64,000 bases of DNA from assembly GCA_973895155.1 (NCBI GenBank), contig OZ316892.1, forward strand, positions 16,668,357-16,732,356, in the 5' to 3' direction. The DNA comes from Marsupella aquatica (lineage: Eukaryota; Plantae; Marchantiophyta). Of this stretch, positions 63,360 through 64,000 are shown piece after piece. The number at the start of each line of letters is the position of its first letter. The first letter of the stretch is position 1. Both the position numbers and the translations under genes were made by a program. The notes under the pieces are model-generated. The model did not search any database and had not been told where the DNA came from. It was given only the letters and a program-made list of their open reading frames with translations.

Positions 63360-64000
63360 CCCCTTTTCTATAAAATGAGAGCCACAAGAATTGACAGTGG
63401 CTCGATTTCTCAAGAATCGCGACCCTTGGGCCCCCTGGGCAGTCTGGATAACTTTCTTCCGACTCTTCGACAAACCTGAATGTGTCGCTACAATGAGTTC
63501 GCCCGAAGGTGACTACTATTCCGCTTGCCAGTCTGACGGGGCGAATGGCGTCATTTGAAGGGAAGAGGCATTTGCGGAACTTTCTCCATCGGGGCGGAGC
63601 CGTAGAAAATTGTGGGGACAACCCGACCATACATGTCCGACGATGAATCGATCGAACTGAGCTCGTTTGCTACCGAATCTGGAAATCTTTCTGCACTGGA
63701 TCGTCGAAAATCCTCGAGTCGGCCAGAGCAAGTTTACTTCTCGGGCTGACGATTGACACGTGAATTTGGTTCTTTGGCGCGACCACATTGTGCAGCGAAA
63801 TTCATTGTAGAAGTTCTGCTTTTGCATTGAGTAGACTTATTAGTGTTTCATCCCAGGTAGAGGACGACTCCACCAACGTGACGTGCGATGCCGCTAGACA
63901 CGAAGGCTAATCCATGATCGTAGACATTCCTTCGTTAGATCGACAGAGGTGGTATATAGCGGCATTGAGCATCACGCAGGCCCTGGCGTGGATCCTGCAT

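Overview
This window is eukaryotic nuclear DNA from a land plant. GT-AG introns, plant gene families and a DRC9/IQCG-like axonemal gene suggest a lineage with flagellated sperm (bryophyte, lycophyte or fern; inference). Six host genes are recognisable: a cytochrome-b5-fused delta-8 sphingolipid desaturase (5' part, minus strand, runs off the window), an AT1G58025-type bromodomain protein, an XBAT35-like ankyrin/RING E3 ligase, an EEF1AKMT4/METTL13-like methyltransferase, a DRC9-like IQ protein, and an AVT6-type amino acid transporter with an uninterrupted ORF. A transposon island spans about 20-38.5 kb. It holds a decayed CRE-clade non-LTR retrotransposon (RT plus restriction-like endonuclease) and a Mutator-like element (MULE) with ~700-bp TIRs and a 9-bp TSD. 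Nested inside the MULE are an 8-bp-TSD MITE and a full-length Copia element. A short Helitron-like element lies just downstream. The most unusual observation is a second, convergent MULE gene encoding an RNase H1/caulimovirus-P6-type RNA:DNA-hybrid-binding domain. Also present are a TATA-preceded array of four ~110-bp imperfect hairpins, several tandem repeats, a two-copy dispersed repeat and a tRNA-Thr(UGU) pseudogene. All calls come from manual reading and motif recognition; no database searches were run.
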